Shown here piece after piece: positions 11,116 to 20,084 of a stretch of 47,707 bases of DNA. The notes beneath the pieces were generated by a model. The model ran no database searches and was not told where the DNA came from. It saw only the letters and a list, made by a program, of their open reading frames with translations. Each line of letters begins with the position of its first letter. Position 1 is the stretch's first letter. The translations under genes were made by a program, and so were the position numbers. This stretch comes from an uncultured Bacteroidota bacterium (GTDB taxonomy: Bacteria > Bacteroidota > Bacteroidia > AKYH767-A > JABDAW01), in the NCBI GenBank assembly GCA_903911135.1, contig CAIWCG010000178.1:1-47707 (forward strand), written 5' to 3'.

Positions 11116-12374
11116 AAATAATTGTTCATAGAGGCACTCGACAAATTGGAGGTTCGTGCATAGAGATTTGTACAGATCAAGCACGAATTATCTTTGATAT
11201 TGGAGAAGAATTGCCTGACAAATATCAAAAGGAAAGGGAGAAGAAATTATTGGTTGTTGATGATTTATTTGTCAATTCTAAAACTACGGACAGAAAAATT
11301 GATGGCATCATTATTTCACATAATCACGGCGACCATATTGGGTTAATTGATTCGACCAAAGAAGGCATACCTCTTTTTATAGGGAAAATATCTGCCGATG
11401 TGCATAATATTATTTGTGATTTCACAAGTAAAGGAAATAAAATAAAAGCACACAAATATATCGAACATGAAAAGCCATTCAAGATTAAAGATATTGTAAT
11501 TACTCCTTATTTGGTTGATCATTCTGCTTATGATTCGTATGCTTTTATGATAGAGAGTAATGGCAAAAAAATACTTTATACCGGAGACTTCCGAAAGCAT
11601 GGTGCAAAAGGTAAATTGAGTGAATGGTTTTATAAGAATCCAAAAACACATAATGCTGATGTTTTAATAATTGAAGGTACAAACTTGTATAAAGAGAACT
11701 ATGTTGCAGAAACCGAAAACCAAATTGGTGCAAGAGCATTGGAGTTTATGAAAAAAACAGCGGGCAATGTTTTTGTCCTTCAATCATCGGCAAATATTGA
11801 CCGTTTGGTTCAAATGTATATAGCTGCTAAACACTCCAATAGATTGTTTCTTGTAGATATTTTTACAGCAAATATCTTAGCTCAATTACCTGATAATATT
11901 CCTAACCCAAAAACATTTAAGGATGTCAAAGTATTTTATCCTTATTGGCTAACACAAAGGATGTTTAAAGAAGAAAACAAAAGTCATTTGGCTTATAAAT
12001 TCAGTCAATATAAATTGGATAATGAAGAACTGAATCAACGAACAGACTTATGTGTTTTGGTTCGAGAAAACATGTTGAGCGATATTCAAAAAAAGATGAA
12101 TTATTCAAAATCGGGAGTTATTTATTCAAAATGGGAAGGGTATAAAACTGACAAGAAAGTAGAAACATTCCTGGATTTTTTCAGGAAAAATAATTCTGAA
12201 ATAGAAAGCATCCATACCAGTGGTCACGCTGATACTGATACCATCAAGAATTTTGTTAAATATTCTAACCCTAAAAAGATTATTCCTGTTCATACCGAAA
12301 CCCCAGAAATATATTCTAAACTCTTTGGTGATATTGTTGGTAACATTAAGGATGGAATTGAATATATTGTTTGA
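11112..12374 (+). CDS. MBL-fold beta-CASP metallohydrolase (RNase J-like nuclease)
   Basis: IGGSC, SHNHGDH (HxHxDH), VDHS, YTGDFR, HTSGHA, PVHTE; ATGA overlap with the upstream gene. Confidence 0.88.
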   Translation: MKIIVHRGTRQIGGSCIEICTDQARIIFDIGEELPDKYQKEREKKLLVVDDLFVNSKTTDRKIDGIIISHNHGDHIGLIDSTKEGIPLFIGKISADVHNIICDFTSKGNKIKAHKYIEHEKPFKIKDIVITPYLVDHSAYDSYAFMIESNGKKILYTGDFRKHGAKGKLSEWFYKNPKTHNADVLIIEGTNLYKENYVAETENQIGARALEFMKKTAGNVFVLQSSANIDRLVQMYIAAKHSNRLFLVDIFTANILAQLPDNIPNPKTFKDVKVFYPYWLTQRMFKEENKSHLAYKFSQYKLDNEELNQRTDLCVLVRENMLSDIQKKMNYSKSGVIYSKWEGYKTDKKVETFLDFFRKNNSEIESIHTSGHADTDTIKNFVKYSNPKKIIPVHTETPEIYSKLFGDIVGNIKDGIEYIV

Positions 12375-12410
12375 TGTAATTTCCAACTTGAACCAAAACA
12401 TTCAAGAACT

Positions 12411-12995
12411 TTGCAGCAAATCAAAATAAACCTATTCGGTATTGGATGCAGGGTTATCAAAGGGGAATTTGAAGAGGGGATTTGGAAACGGTTTCACGCC
12501 ACTGCAAGGGCAATAAAAACCCCATTGGATGAGGCTATATTCGAAACCTCGTTTTATGAATCGCTAAAAATGGAGGAGTATAAATCTTTGTCTGATTTAG
12601 GAAATGTGTTTCAATATAACGGGTTGATGAATGATGCTAAAAGCCTTATTGAAATACGGATTAACAATAGAAAAAAGCGAAACATCCGTACCAATGAACT
12701 GTTTAACGAATCGGTATTGTTTCCGGTATTTCGAACGACTGTTTGCAAGGTTGAAAACTCGCCTCTTCTCCCAAATTCCTTATTGGCTGTTGAAAAGGAA
12801 ATGGGAACCATTACGAGTTATAAATTCGAGACGGGAAATTTTTCATTGGATAAACTATCCTTTGCCATTACGATTTTGAATATCAATAAACCGGGGGACT
12901 GTGTTTTATTAACCAAGATAGAATATGATGGAATGGTGCTAACGGCAACACCATCGGATACTTTGGTTACGGAGAGGTATTGCTATTTAGATTGA
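12411..12995 (+). CDS. Hypothetical protein
   Basis: 194-aa ORF with TTG start, co-oriented with the upstream pair; no motif recognised. Confidence 0.65.
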   Translation: MQQIKINLFGIGCRVIKGEFEEGIWKRFHATARAIKTPLDEAIFETSFYESLKMEEYKSLSDLGNVFQYNGLMNDAKSLIEIRINNRKKRNIRTNELFNESVLFPVFRTTVCKVENSPLLPNSLLAVEKEMGTITSYKFETGNFSLDKLSFAITILNINKPGDCVLLTKIEYDGMVLTATPSDTLVTERYCYLD

Positions 12996-12998
12996 AAT

Positions 12999-13123
12999 AA
13001 TATTTGATCCCTCTGGGGTCTGGGATTGTTGGGGATGTTTATTGCTACCAATATTTGACCCCGATAGGGTTTAGGAAGTGTATGGTGGAAAAGATTGCTA
13101 CAAACAGAACACTCTGATGGGGA
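12999..13123. repeat. Cluster of three REP-like short palindromic units (~50-bp spacing)
   Basis: AATATTTGATCCCTCTGGGGTC (12999), ATTGCTACCAATATTTGACCCCGATAGGGTT (13041), ATTGCTACAAACAGAACACTCTGATGGGGA (13094); CTAC is GTAG on the minus strand. Confidence 0.6.
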
Positions 13124-13135
13124 TTTGTTTTAATA

Positions 13136-13163
13136 CCTTTCAGGATTGAGAAAACCTGAAAGG
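13136..13163. other. Hairpin next to the REP-like cluster
   Basis: CCTTTCAGG-10 nt-CCTGAAAGG. Confidence 0.5.
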
Positions 13164-13349
13164 ATGGGTGGGTTGATTTGTCTATTTTGCTCTTAATGGT
13201 GAAAGGAAATGGGTGGAAAATGATTTTTGTGGCGGGGTGGCAAGAAAATAAATGGCTGCTGGAATATTGTTGCGAGCGTAGGGACGAGGGGCTTTATATC
13301 TCTGGAAGGGCTTGGTAGCATAGGATGGGGGAAGAATTGTGGCTGTATG

Positions 13350-13379
13350 GGTTGATTTATATGGGCAAGGCGAATAATT
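13350..13379 (+). repeat. 30-bp direct repeat, copy 2
   Basis: GGTTGATTTATATGGGCAAGGCGAATAATT. Confidence 0.9.
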
Positions 13380-13484
13380 GTTTTGAGAATGTTGATAAAT
13401 AATTTTGAGAATGGGAGTGTTTTGCGGGCGAAACGGATAATTATAATTGCATCTTTGCAAGACTTATAAAAATATAAAATAATC

Positions 13485-14480
13485 ATGACTACGGCACATT
13501 CGAATTATTTAAGGATGATCATCACTGCAAGGGGTGTGATGGATTATGGCGACAATCCAGCTATTTGGGATGGCAACACTTGGGTGGTGGTGGCGAAATC
13601 GGATGTTCAGACAATATTGGACCGGATACTTGCGAATGAAGGCATTACGGAAGAGGATTTGCATGGGAACACGGAAAACAAGGAGACTTTGTGGATGGAT
13701 GCGGCAAAATTGGGCGTGCACATGAACATAGGGACGAAGGTTTGGGCAGAAAACAAAACAGTTCCTGACCCTGTTTTGGCGGCGGAGATGCATTACACCA
13801 TTTCGGATTTGGACAGGGGAGCGATTCAGGATGTGTTGGTGAAATTGAATTTCATCAAGGGTAAGGTGGGTCTTATTCCTGTTTTGGATTTGCCCCATGT
13901 GAACATCACGGCGTTGGATATTTCGACCTTTAACGATAAAATCGATTCATTGACTCTTGCGGCTCCTCAATTCAGGATAAAGCAGGTGGTGAAAAGTGCG
14001 GCAGTGAGTGACATCAATGCTGATTTTAAATTGCTTCGGGAGGCGAAAGGCAAGCAGGATAGGCTGGTTCATATCTATAAATTGACGCGTGGGACTTTTG
14101 TTAAGGCTTACGATAACGGGAGTAAAATCATTGACTTGGGCAAGGGGGCGACAACGGAGGAGGCGGTGCTGCACCCGAGGGAGCATGTGGCTTGGTTTTT
14201 CAAGAAGTTTTTGCCTGGGGATACGCTGACTTTCAGGAATCATAGTGTATTGGCGAAGGTGAAGGTTTTTTTGAACGACACGACTGATGTGCCTGCAACT
14301 GGTGGGATAGAAATAGGGACTGAAACAGATTTGAAATTGGCTATTCCTACTGATTTTAATGGTGTATTCGGCCATTATATCATTGTGGTGAGTTTGAGCG
14401 ATATGGATGATGCTCATGTGACGGGGATATTGGCGAAGGGGAAGAGTGCGAGTGAGGCTGCCAGTCCGCAATTGATTTAG
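13485..14480 (+). CDS. Hypothetical protein
   Basis: 331-aa ORF; helical-looking N-terminal half and beta-rich C-terminal part; no signal peptide. Confidence 0.8.
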   Translation: MTTAHSNYLRMIITARGVMDYGDNPAIWDGNTWVVVAKSDVQTILDRILANEGITEEDLHGNTENKETLWMDAAKLGVHMNIGTKVWAENKTVPDPVLAAEMHYTISDLDRGAIQDVLVKLNFIKGKVGLIPVLDLPHVNITALDISTFNDKIDSLTLAAPQFRIKQVVKSAAVSDINADFKLLREAKGKQDRLVHIYKLTRGTFVKAYDNGSKIIDLGKGATTEEAVLHPREHVAWFFKKFLPGDTLTFRNHSVLAKVKVFLNDTTDVPATGGIEIGTETDLKLAIPTDFNGVFGHYIIVVSLSDMDDAHVTGILAKGKSASEAASPQLI

Positions 14481-14527
14481 GGAATCAGGAATTGTGTATT
14501 ATAGATTAAAAATTAATCAAGGATAAG

Positions 14528-14959
14528 ATGATGAAAAAGATGCTGATGGTAATTATGATTGCACTGATGAGCATTAAGGGTTATGGGCAAATAGATGGAA
14601 TTAAATGTAAGAATGCAATTGATAGTTTTAAATCAAATTGGCAATATATAGATTCATTACATTATTATAAAACGAACCTGACAATTCAAGATATTAAATA
14701 TTATTCCGAATGTTTTAAAGGAATGGATTCTGTTAATGTAAAAAAAATCTTTGGTGAACCTTCTCGAAGATATAAAGGATATCAAGCAATATGTTGGGAT
14801 TATAACCTTGAAAAATTTGATGAAAAAAATCTTGAAAAATTTGATGGAGTAAATTTTTATACGGGTCTTCGTTTAGTTGTTAATGTTTATACCGGAGTTA
14901 TATTTTCTGATATAATATCAATTGCCGGACCTCTAAAACTAAAAGGGGTTTATGAATAA
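14528..14959 (+). CDS. Exported hypothetical protein
   Basis: Signal peptide MKKMLMVIMIALMSIKGYG; V.KIFGEPS segment reminiscent of SmpA/BamE-like small domains; AT-rich. Confidence 0.65.
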   Translation: MMKKMLMVIMIALMSIKGYGQIDGIKCKNAIDSFKSNWQYIDSLHYYKTNLTIQDIKYYSECFKGMDSVNVKKIFGEPSRRYKGYQAICWDYNLEKFDEKNLEKFDGVNFYTGLRLVVNVYTGVIFSDIISIAGPLKLKGVYE

Positions 14960-15121
14960 TATTCATTTACCCTCTCCTATCATCTATCCAATCCCTGCCC
15001 ATGATAAAACGATGGGCATGGGCATGAGTTTCAGTTTGCGGTTTTGAAAGGCAATTAAAAATATTTATGTTTGATCATCCCTTAATGATTGCTTCTGTTT
15101 TGTATCTTTGCCATCAAATAA

Positions 15122-15307
15122 ATGAGAAAGAAGATGAGAAAGAGCATCATTATAAACCATAATTCGAGCCGCAAGGAACTTGATGAGGCATTGGCAAAAT
15201 TATCCAAGAAGCCTAAAGGCATCAACCTGAAAAAGTATTTCGGCAAAGTAAAGTTCAAGATGGATGGGTTGGAATATCAAAAGCAAATCCGCAATGAGTG
15301 GAGATAA
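15122..15307 (+). CDS. Probable antitoxin of a type II TA pair
   Basis: Small basic protein ending DGLEYQKQIRNEW and overlapping the PIN gene; TATCTTTG box at 15103-15110. Confidence 0.75.
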   Translation: MRKKMRKSIIINHNSSRKELDEALAKLSKKPKGINLKKYFGKVKFKMDGLEYQKQIRNEWR

Positions 15308-15665
15308 CATTGTAGCCGACACCTCCATTTTAATAAACTTCTTTAATGGAAATGAAGTAGCTGAAAGGTGCTTGGCCGAGCGCACCATCTTTGTGTCTGT
15401 CATTACTGAAATAGAATTGTTGTGCTATCCCGGACTCACAAATCATGGAAGAAAATTGATTAAGGAGTTTCTTTCGGAGTGCATCATCATAGACTTGGAG
15501 CCCGAAATAAAAGAACTCATCATTGATATCAGATCCAAACATAAAATCAAACTCCCAGATGCGGCAATAGCTGCTACTGCCATGAAATATGATTTTCCTC
15601 TATTCACAATGGATAAGGGTTTCAATAAAATCACCAATCTTAAACCTGTAATAATTGAAGTCTGA
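15294..15665 (+). CDS. vapC: PIN-domain VapC family toxin
   Basis: VADTSILI, SVITEIELL, KLPDAAIAATA, LFTMD; likely start ATG at 15294. Confidence 0.9.
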   Translation: MSGDNIVADTSILINFFNGNEVAERCLAERTIFVSVITEIELLCYPGLTNHGRKLIKEFLSECIIIDLEPEIKELIIDIRSKHKIKLPDAAIAATAMKYDFPLFTMDKGFNKITNLKPVIIEV

Positions 15666-15773
15666 TACGGGGATCAATACAACAAAGCGGGTGTAGTAAA
15701 AACTGGTAGGTGATTGTTGGAGAACCCTTAATTTACCATTTTTTTATTAGTTTTGGCTATCTTAAATCAATAA

Positions 15774-17606
15774 ATGGATATGAAAAGAATCGTTACATCA
15801 CTAATTTTCGTGCTGCTGTCGGCACTGGTTTTTGCCAATGTGGGCGGCCCCGACATGTATGGCTACCGCTGGAAAGACAGCAACGACACCACTGGCCCAC
15901 ACTATAACTGGATAGACATTTTGCCTTTGGCTGGCGCTACGCAGGTGAAACTGCTGGGCGACGACAATGTGCGTGGTCCTTTTGGCATCGGGTTTCACTT
16001 TCATTATTACTGGGAAGACGATTCGATGTTTTGGGTCGGGTCGAATGGCTATATCGGCTTCAATGATTTCTCGGGAGGGCAGTTGGCATCTCCGTTTCCA
16101 ACGATACCGAACACCGCCAACCCACAGAACTTTCTTGCCATCATGACGGCAGACTTGACTTTTTATGGAGCTACCAATCCTGCGCTATGCTACTACTGGA
16201 GCAATGGTGTGGACACCTTGATAGTTTCGTTCTTGAACGTGCCTTTTTGGGACACTACAATTAATGGATATTCCGGCTCGAATACGTTTCAGGTCATCGT
16301 GTCTAATGTGGACAGTTCCATCACGTATCAATACAAGGAGCAGACGGGAGGGACTTTCTTTACTCCTAATTTCATGACGATAGGGATAGAGAATTATTCA
16401 GGTGTGATCGGGTTGCAGCATTCTCACAACACCTATCCTCCCATCAACTATGCCATCAAGTTTTATCATCCGCAGAATCCCACCTATACAGTGTCGGATG
16501 CCGCAGTAAACTGGAATGACAACACCTCTTCAGGCGGGATATTTCTATCACAAGGCGGCAATCCATTTACCATGACCACGAATATTGCAAATGTTGGCAA
16601 TATGCCATTGGCTTCGCTGAATGTCTTTTGTCAGGTGCTGGACCCGAACAACATCGTTTACCAGCAAGGTAATGCGAACACCTCGGCACTGACACCCGGA
16701 AGCAATGAAACGGTGAGCATAAGTTCCACTTTTACACCTGCAGTGGCCGGGAGATATGCCTTTACCACCACCATACCGAGTGACGGCATCTATACCAACA
16801 ACAGCCTGACGCAAGAGTTGGTAGTCATTGACACAACGGCACTCTTGATGACGCTTGCCTACGACAACAATGTTCCCGATCCGATAGGCATCAGCTGGCA
16901 GGGGGGTGATGGTGGTGTAGGAGTTTATTTTATCCCACCATTTCATCCCTACAAGATAAAAAGGGTTTATTATTACATCAACCAGAACCCAAGTCTTGTG
17001 GGCTTTTATGCCAAGATTTACAAAGACGATGGCAACTACCATTCGGCAGGAACCTTGCTCGATTCCATCTTCATAGACAGCACGCAAGTTACCGCTCCAG
17101 GTTGGAATACGGTTACCTTGCCTACTCCCATCTATGTAAACAGCGGAGGCTTTTATGTGGGATGGTACATGCAAGGGGTTAACATTGCCATTGCCACCAA
17201 CTCGGACTCGTTGATATGTCATCGTACCTATGAACTGTTGGGCAATCTCTGGTCCACCTACCGTAACAGCGAGACACAGAACTTCATGATTCGGGCACAG
17301 ATAACGAAGAGCATAACCGGCATTGACGAAGTAGCGGAAAACAGCTTAAATATTGGCGATTTCTACCCTTTACCAGGACATGATCAAGTTTCCATCGATT
17401 TAAATTCGAATGGTGTGCTGCAACAAGGAAGTTTCATGTTGCATGATTTGCAGGGAAGAGCTATATTGAATGAATCTTTAGGGCATATTGAAGCCGGCAT
17501 CACGACATACCATATCAATACAACACAATTATCATCTGGAATTTATTTCGGCGAGTTTCGATTTAATGAAAAAGTATTTCAACGTAAATTGATCATCGGC
17601 AATTGA
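15774..17606 (+). CDS. Secreted T9SS type A sorting-domain protein
   Basis: Signal peptide; GGPD.YGY.W.DS N-terminus; CARDB/Ig-like middle; C-terminal domain FYP.P...LSSGIYF...KLII. Confidence 0.85.
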   Translation: MDMKRIVTSLIFVLLSALVFANVGGPDMYGYRWKDSNDTTGPHYNWIDILPLAGATQVKLLGDDNVRGPFGIGFHFHYYWEDDSMFWVGSNGYIGFNDFSGGQLASPFPTIPNTANPQNFLAIMTADLTFYGATNPALCYYWSNGVDTLIVSFLNVPFWDTTINGYSGSNTFQVIVSNVDSSITYQYKEQTGGTFFTPNFMTIGIENYSGVIGLQHSHNTYPPINYAIKFYHPQNPTYTVSDAAVNWNDNTSSGGIFLSQGGNPFTMTTNIANVGNMPLASLNVFCQVLDPNNIVYQQGNANTSALTPGSNETVSISSTFTPAVAGRYAFTTTIPSDGIYTNNSLTQELVVIDTTALLMTLAYDNNVPDPIGISWQGGDGGVGVYFIPPFHPYKIKRVYYYINQNPSLVGFYAKIYKDDGNYHSAGTLLDSIFIDSTQVTAPGWNTVTLPTPIYVNSGGFYVGWYMQGVNIAIATNSDSLICHRTYELLGNLWSTYRNSETQNFMIRAQITKSITGIDEVAENSLNIGDFYPLPGHDQVSIDLNSNGVLQQGSFMLHDLQGRAILNESLGHIEAGITTYHINTTQLSSGIYFGEFRFNEKVFQRKLIIGN

Positions 17607-17654
17607 AGAGATAAGAATTTATACGACGGTTTAATCTACCAAACCGTCCTATAA

Positions 17655-17686
17655 CAGAAAAGCCCTGAATATTCAGGGCTTTTCTG
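17655..17686. terminator. Bidirectional intrinsic terminator
   Basis: Perfect palindrome CAGAAAAGCCCTGAATATTCAGGGCTTTTCTG between convergent genes. Confidence 0.85.
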
Positions 17687-17704
17687 CTTTTATAAAGGAA
17701 TGGA

Positions 17705-18379
17705 TTAATGAGCCCCGCCCATTTGTTTCACCATTTCATCCAAAGTCATTTCTTTATATCCTGCAGGAATCTTGAATATGTTGTCATCCACTTTGTCTTT
17801 GGAAACGGACTTTACGGACATCTTCATGCCGATACCATTTTGGCTGATTACATATTCCATCGGAAATCCATCAATGCCCTTCAGGCCAGCCTTCATGGCA
17901 CTAGCATTTTTTGTTACGATGTCTTTTGTATAAAACACTATTTGCTTATCCTTCTCGCCTTCAACGGTGATTTCTGCCTTATTGCAGGTATATCCACAAA
18001 TCACCTTTGTGTCGGGCAGTGTTTTAACGGTGGTTTTCTTTTCTTTTCCCGATTGTTTTTCAAGGTCGGATTCGGTCATCTTCACCGCTGTTTTGTTTCC
18101 CATCATATCCATCAGCATGGTTGTGATTTTTGTCTTGGCGTTAAAGATGTAATCCATCGTACCCATTCCCATCTTCATATCCGTTTTGGACAAGTCGCCC
18201 TTAAAGCTCAATGACATTTCTTTTGGCATCATTGCTGCCACTTGAGGGTCTAAATCATCGTTAGTCATAGAAATTGCGTACACCACCGTTCCCTCTGTTA
18301 ACTTTGTTTGTGCCATTGCACTGGTCATTGCCATAAATAAGGCCATTACAACCATTAATTTTTTTGCCATTGATTTCAT
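17705..18379 (-). CDS. DUF4412/GLPGLI-like exported protein
   Basis: Signal peptide; TKVICGYTCNKA, GIDGFPMEY, FKIPAGY. Confidence 0.75.
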   Translation of the reverse strand: MKSMAKKLMVVMALFMAMTSAMAQTKLTEGTVVYAISMTNDDLDPQVAAMMPKEMSLSFKGDLSKTDMKMGMGTMDYIFNAKTKITTMLMDMMGNKTAVKMTESDLEKQSGKEKKTTVKTLPDTKVICGYTCNKAEITVEGEKDKQIVFYTKDIVTKNASAMKAGLKGIDGFPMEYVISQNGIGMKMSVKSVSKDKVDDNIFKIPAGYKEMTLDEMVKQMGGAH

Positions 18380-18490
18380 TTTCTTGGTATATTATTGTTT
18401 ATAGCCGCAAATCTAAAGATATTTTTCGAAAAGAATCATCAAGGTTTCTGAACATTTTGTAGTTTTGAACCATCCATTATCATTCAAAGC

Positions 18491-18781
18491 ATGAGAAAAA
18501 CAAACGAACAATCACTCAAAGACGTAATTCAAGACTTACTGAATGCCTACAAGCTGAAAGGAAAGCTGAATGAATTCAGGCTCGTCAAATCATGGGAAAA
18601 GGTAATGGGAACCACCATCGCTTCAAGAACTTCCGATATTTTCATACGTAACCAAACGCTTTTCATCAGGATTGCTTCGGCACCACTGAAAAACCAACTC
18701 TTTCTTTCCAAGACCGAAGTCATGAAAATGCTGAATGATGAAGCTGGAGAAATAATCATAACCAATATGGTGCTTTTATAA
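18491..18781 (+). CDS. DUF721 (DciA-like) protein
   Basis: 96 aa; SWEKVMG..IA..T...LFIRIASAPLK..L; divergent -7 boxes at 18408-18415 (-) and 18460-18467 (+). Confidence 0.85.
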   Translation: MRKTNEQSLKDVIQDLLNAYKLKGKLNEFRLVKSWEKVMGTTIASRTSDIFIRNQTLFIRIASAPLKNQLFLSKTEVMKMLNDEAGEIIITNMVLL

Positions 18782-18837
18782 TGGTTTTTTTTCGGTAAGG
18801 ATGTCTTGTCCAAAATGATTTTACGATTTCTTTTAGC

Positions 18838-19260
18838 ATGGCAGATATCTTCGACAAGGAAACACGGAGCTATGTGATGTCTCGCATACGCAGCAAAGAT
18901 ACCAAACCCGAACTCCTGGTTCGAAAGTATTTTTTCTCTCAAGGCTTTAGGTATAGATTGCATGAAAAGAAGTTGCCCGGCACACCTGATATCACTTTAC
19001 CCAAGTACCATACCGTGATTTTTGTGCATGGATGTTTCTGGCATGGCCACAAGAACTGTAAATATGCCTGCATTCCAAAAACCAGAACGGAGTTTTGGAT
19101 GAATAAAATTGCGCGCAATAAAATGAATGACCGAACGAACATCAAACTTCTCAAATCTCTTGGTTGGCAGGTGCTGGTGATTCATGAATGCCAACTAAAG
19201 AAAGATAAAATCAACAGGTCATTGAAAAAAATAGTAGAGAAGATCAATCAAAGACTTTAA
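18838..19260 (+). CDS. vsr: Very short patch repair endonuclease Vsr
   Basis: RS.VMSRIRSKDTKPE, LPGTPD, FVHGCFWHGH. Confidence 0.93.
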   Translation: MADIFDKETRSYVMSRIRSKDTKPELLVRKYFFSQGFRYRLHEKKLPGTPDITLPKYHTVIFVHGCFWHGHKNCKYACIPKTRTEFWMNKIARNKMNDRTNIKLLKSLGWQVLVIHECQLKKDKINRSLKKIVEKINQRL

Positions 19261-20084
19261 TAAGGGGTTCTTTTGGTGGTTTTTATGAGTGGAATTGGTG
19301 GTTTTTATTTGGAGATTAATCAATGGAATATTTAAGGTATTTTATGGGTAGAAATCTTAAGGAAAATGGGTGTTTTTTACCGGAAAATGGAGCGCGAAAA
19401 AAGGTGAAAAACGACGGTTCATTTAACATAATAATTTAGACATGCCTTGATAATGAATAAGTTCCACCATAGAGGAGGACAGAATTGGGGATTGGAGGAA
19501 GGATTTTGCCATAGAGTTGGGGCTTTTTTACGATGAGGAGGAGGGTATTGAGAAATAGTGATAAAATGGGTGTTTTTGGTGGGTGTGGATGGGGTGGCGG
19601 GACTGACATTTTGTCATTGGGGTGTGGGTATAAGTGCATTAATGGCAAAAACTAGGGGTTTGAGGGGTGGAAATGGGGCAAGAGGGGGTAAAAAATCTCA
19701 TAGAGATGGATGGTTTTTGAAATTGGATGGAGGATATTTTGGATGAACGAAAAGGCATGAATATTTGGGCAGGGGACAGGGGAAAGGAGGGGGATGTTTT
19801 TGGGAAAATGGAATAGTTTTTTTGTGATGGGGGAAGGGATGATTTTATTTGGGTGTAGGTACATCAAAATGGCCCAAAAAGTTTATTAAAGATTAAAGAG
19901 GAAATGGGAGCCTAATTAAAATAAACGCTTGGACAGGTAAGTGGCGAAGGCATGATTTATCTTGCTGCCGATTCTCCAGATGGGCAGTGATTGTTTTAGT
20001 AGCATCGTTTAATAATTTCCAATGTAATAAAGAGTTCTAAAAAGATGAAAAACACCATCAATCTTCTTGATTGTTCATGGGACC

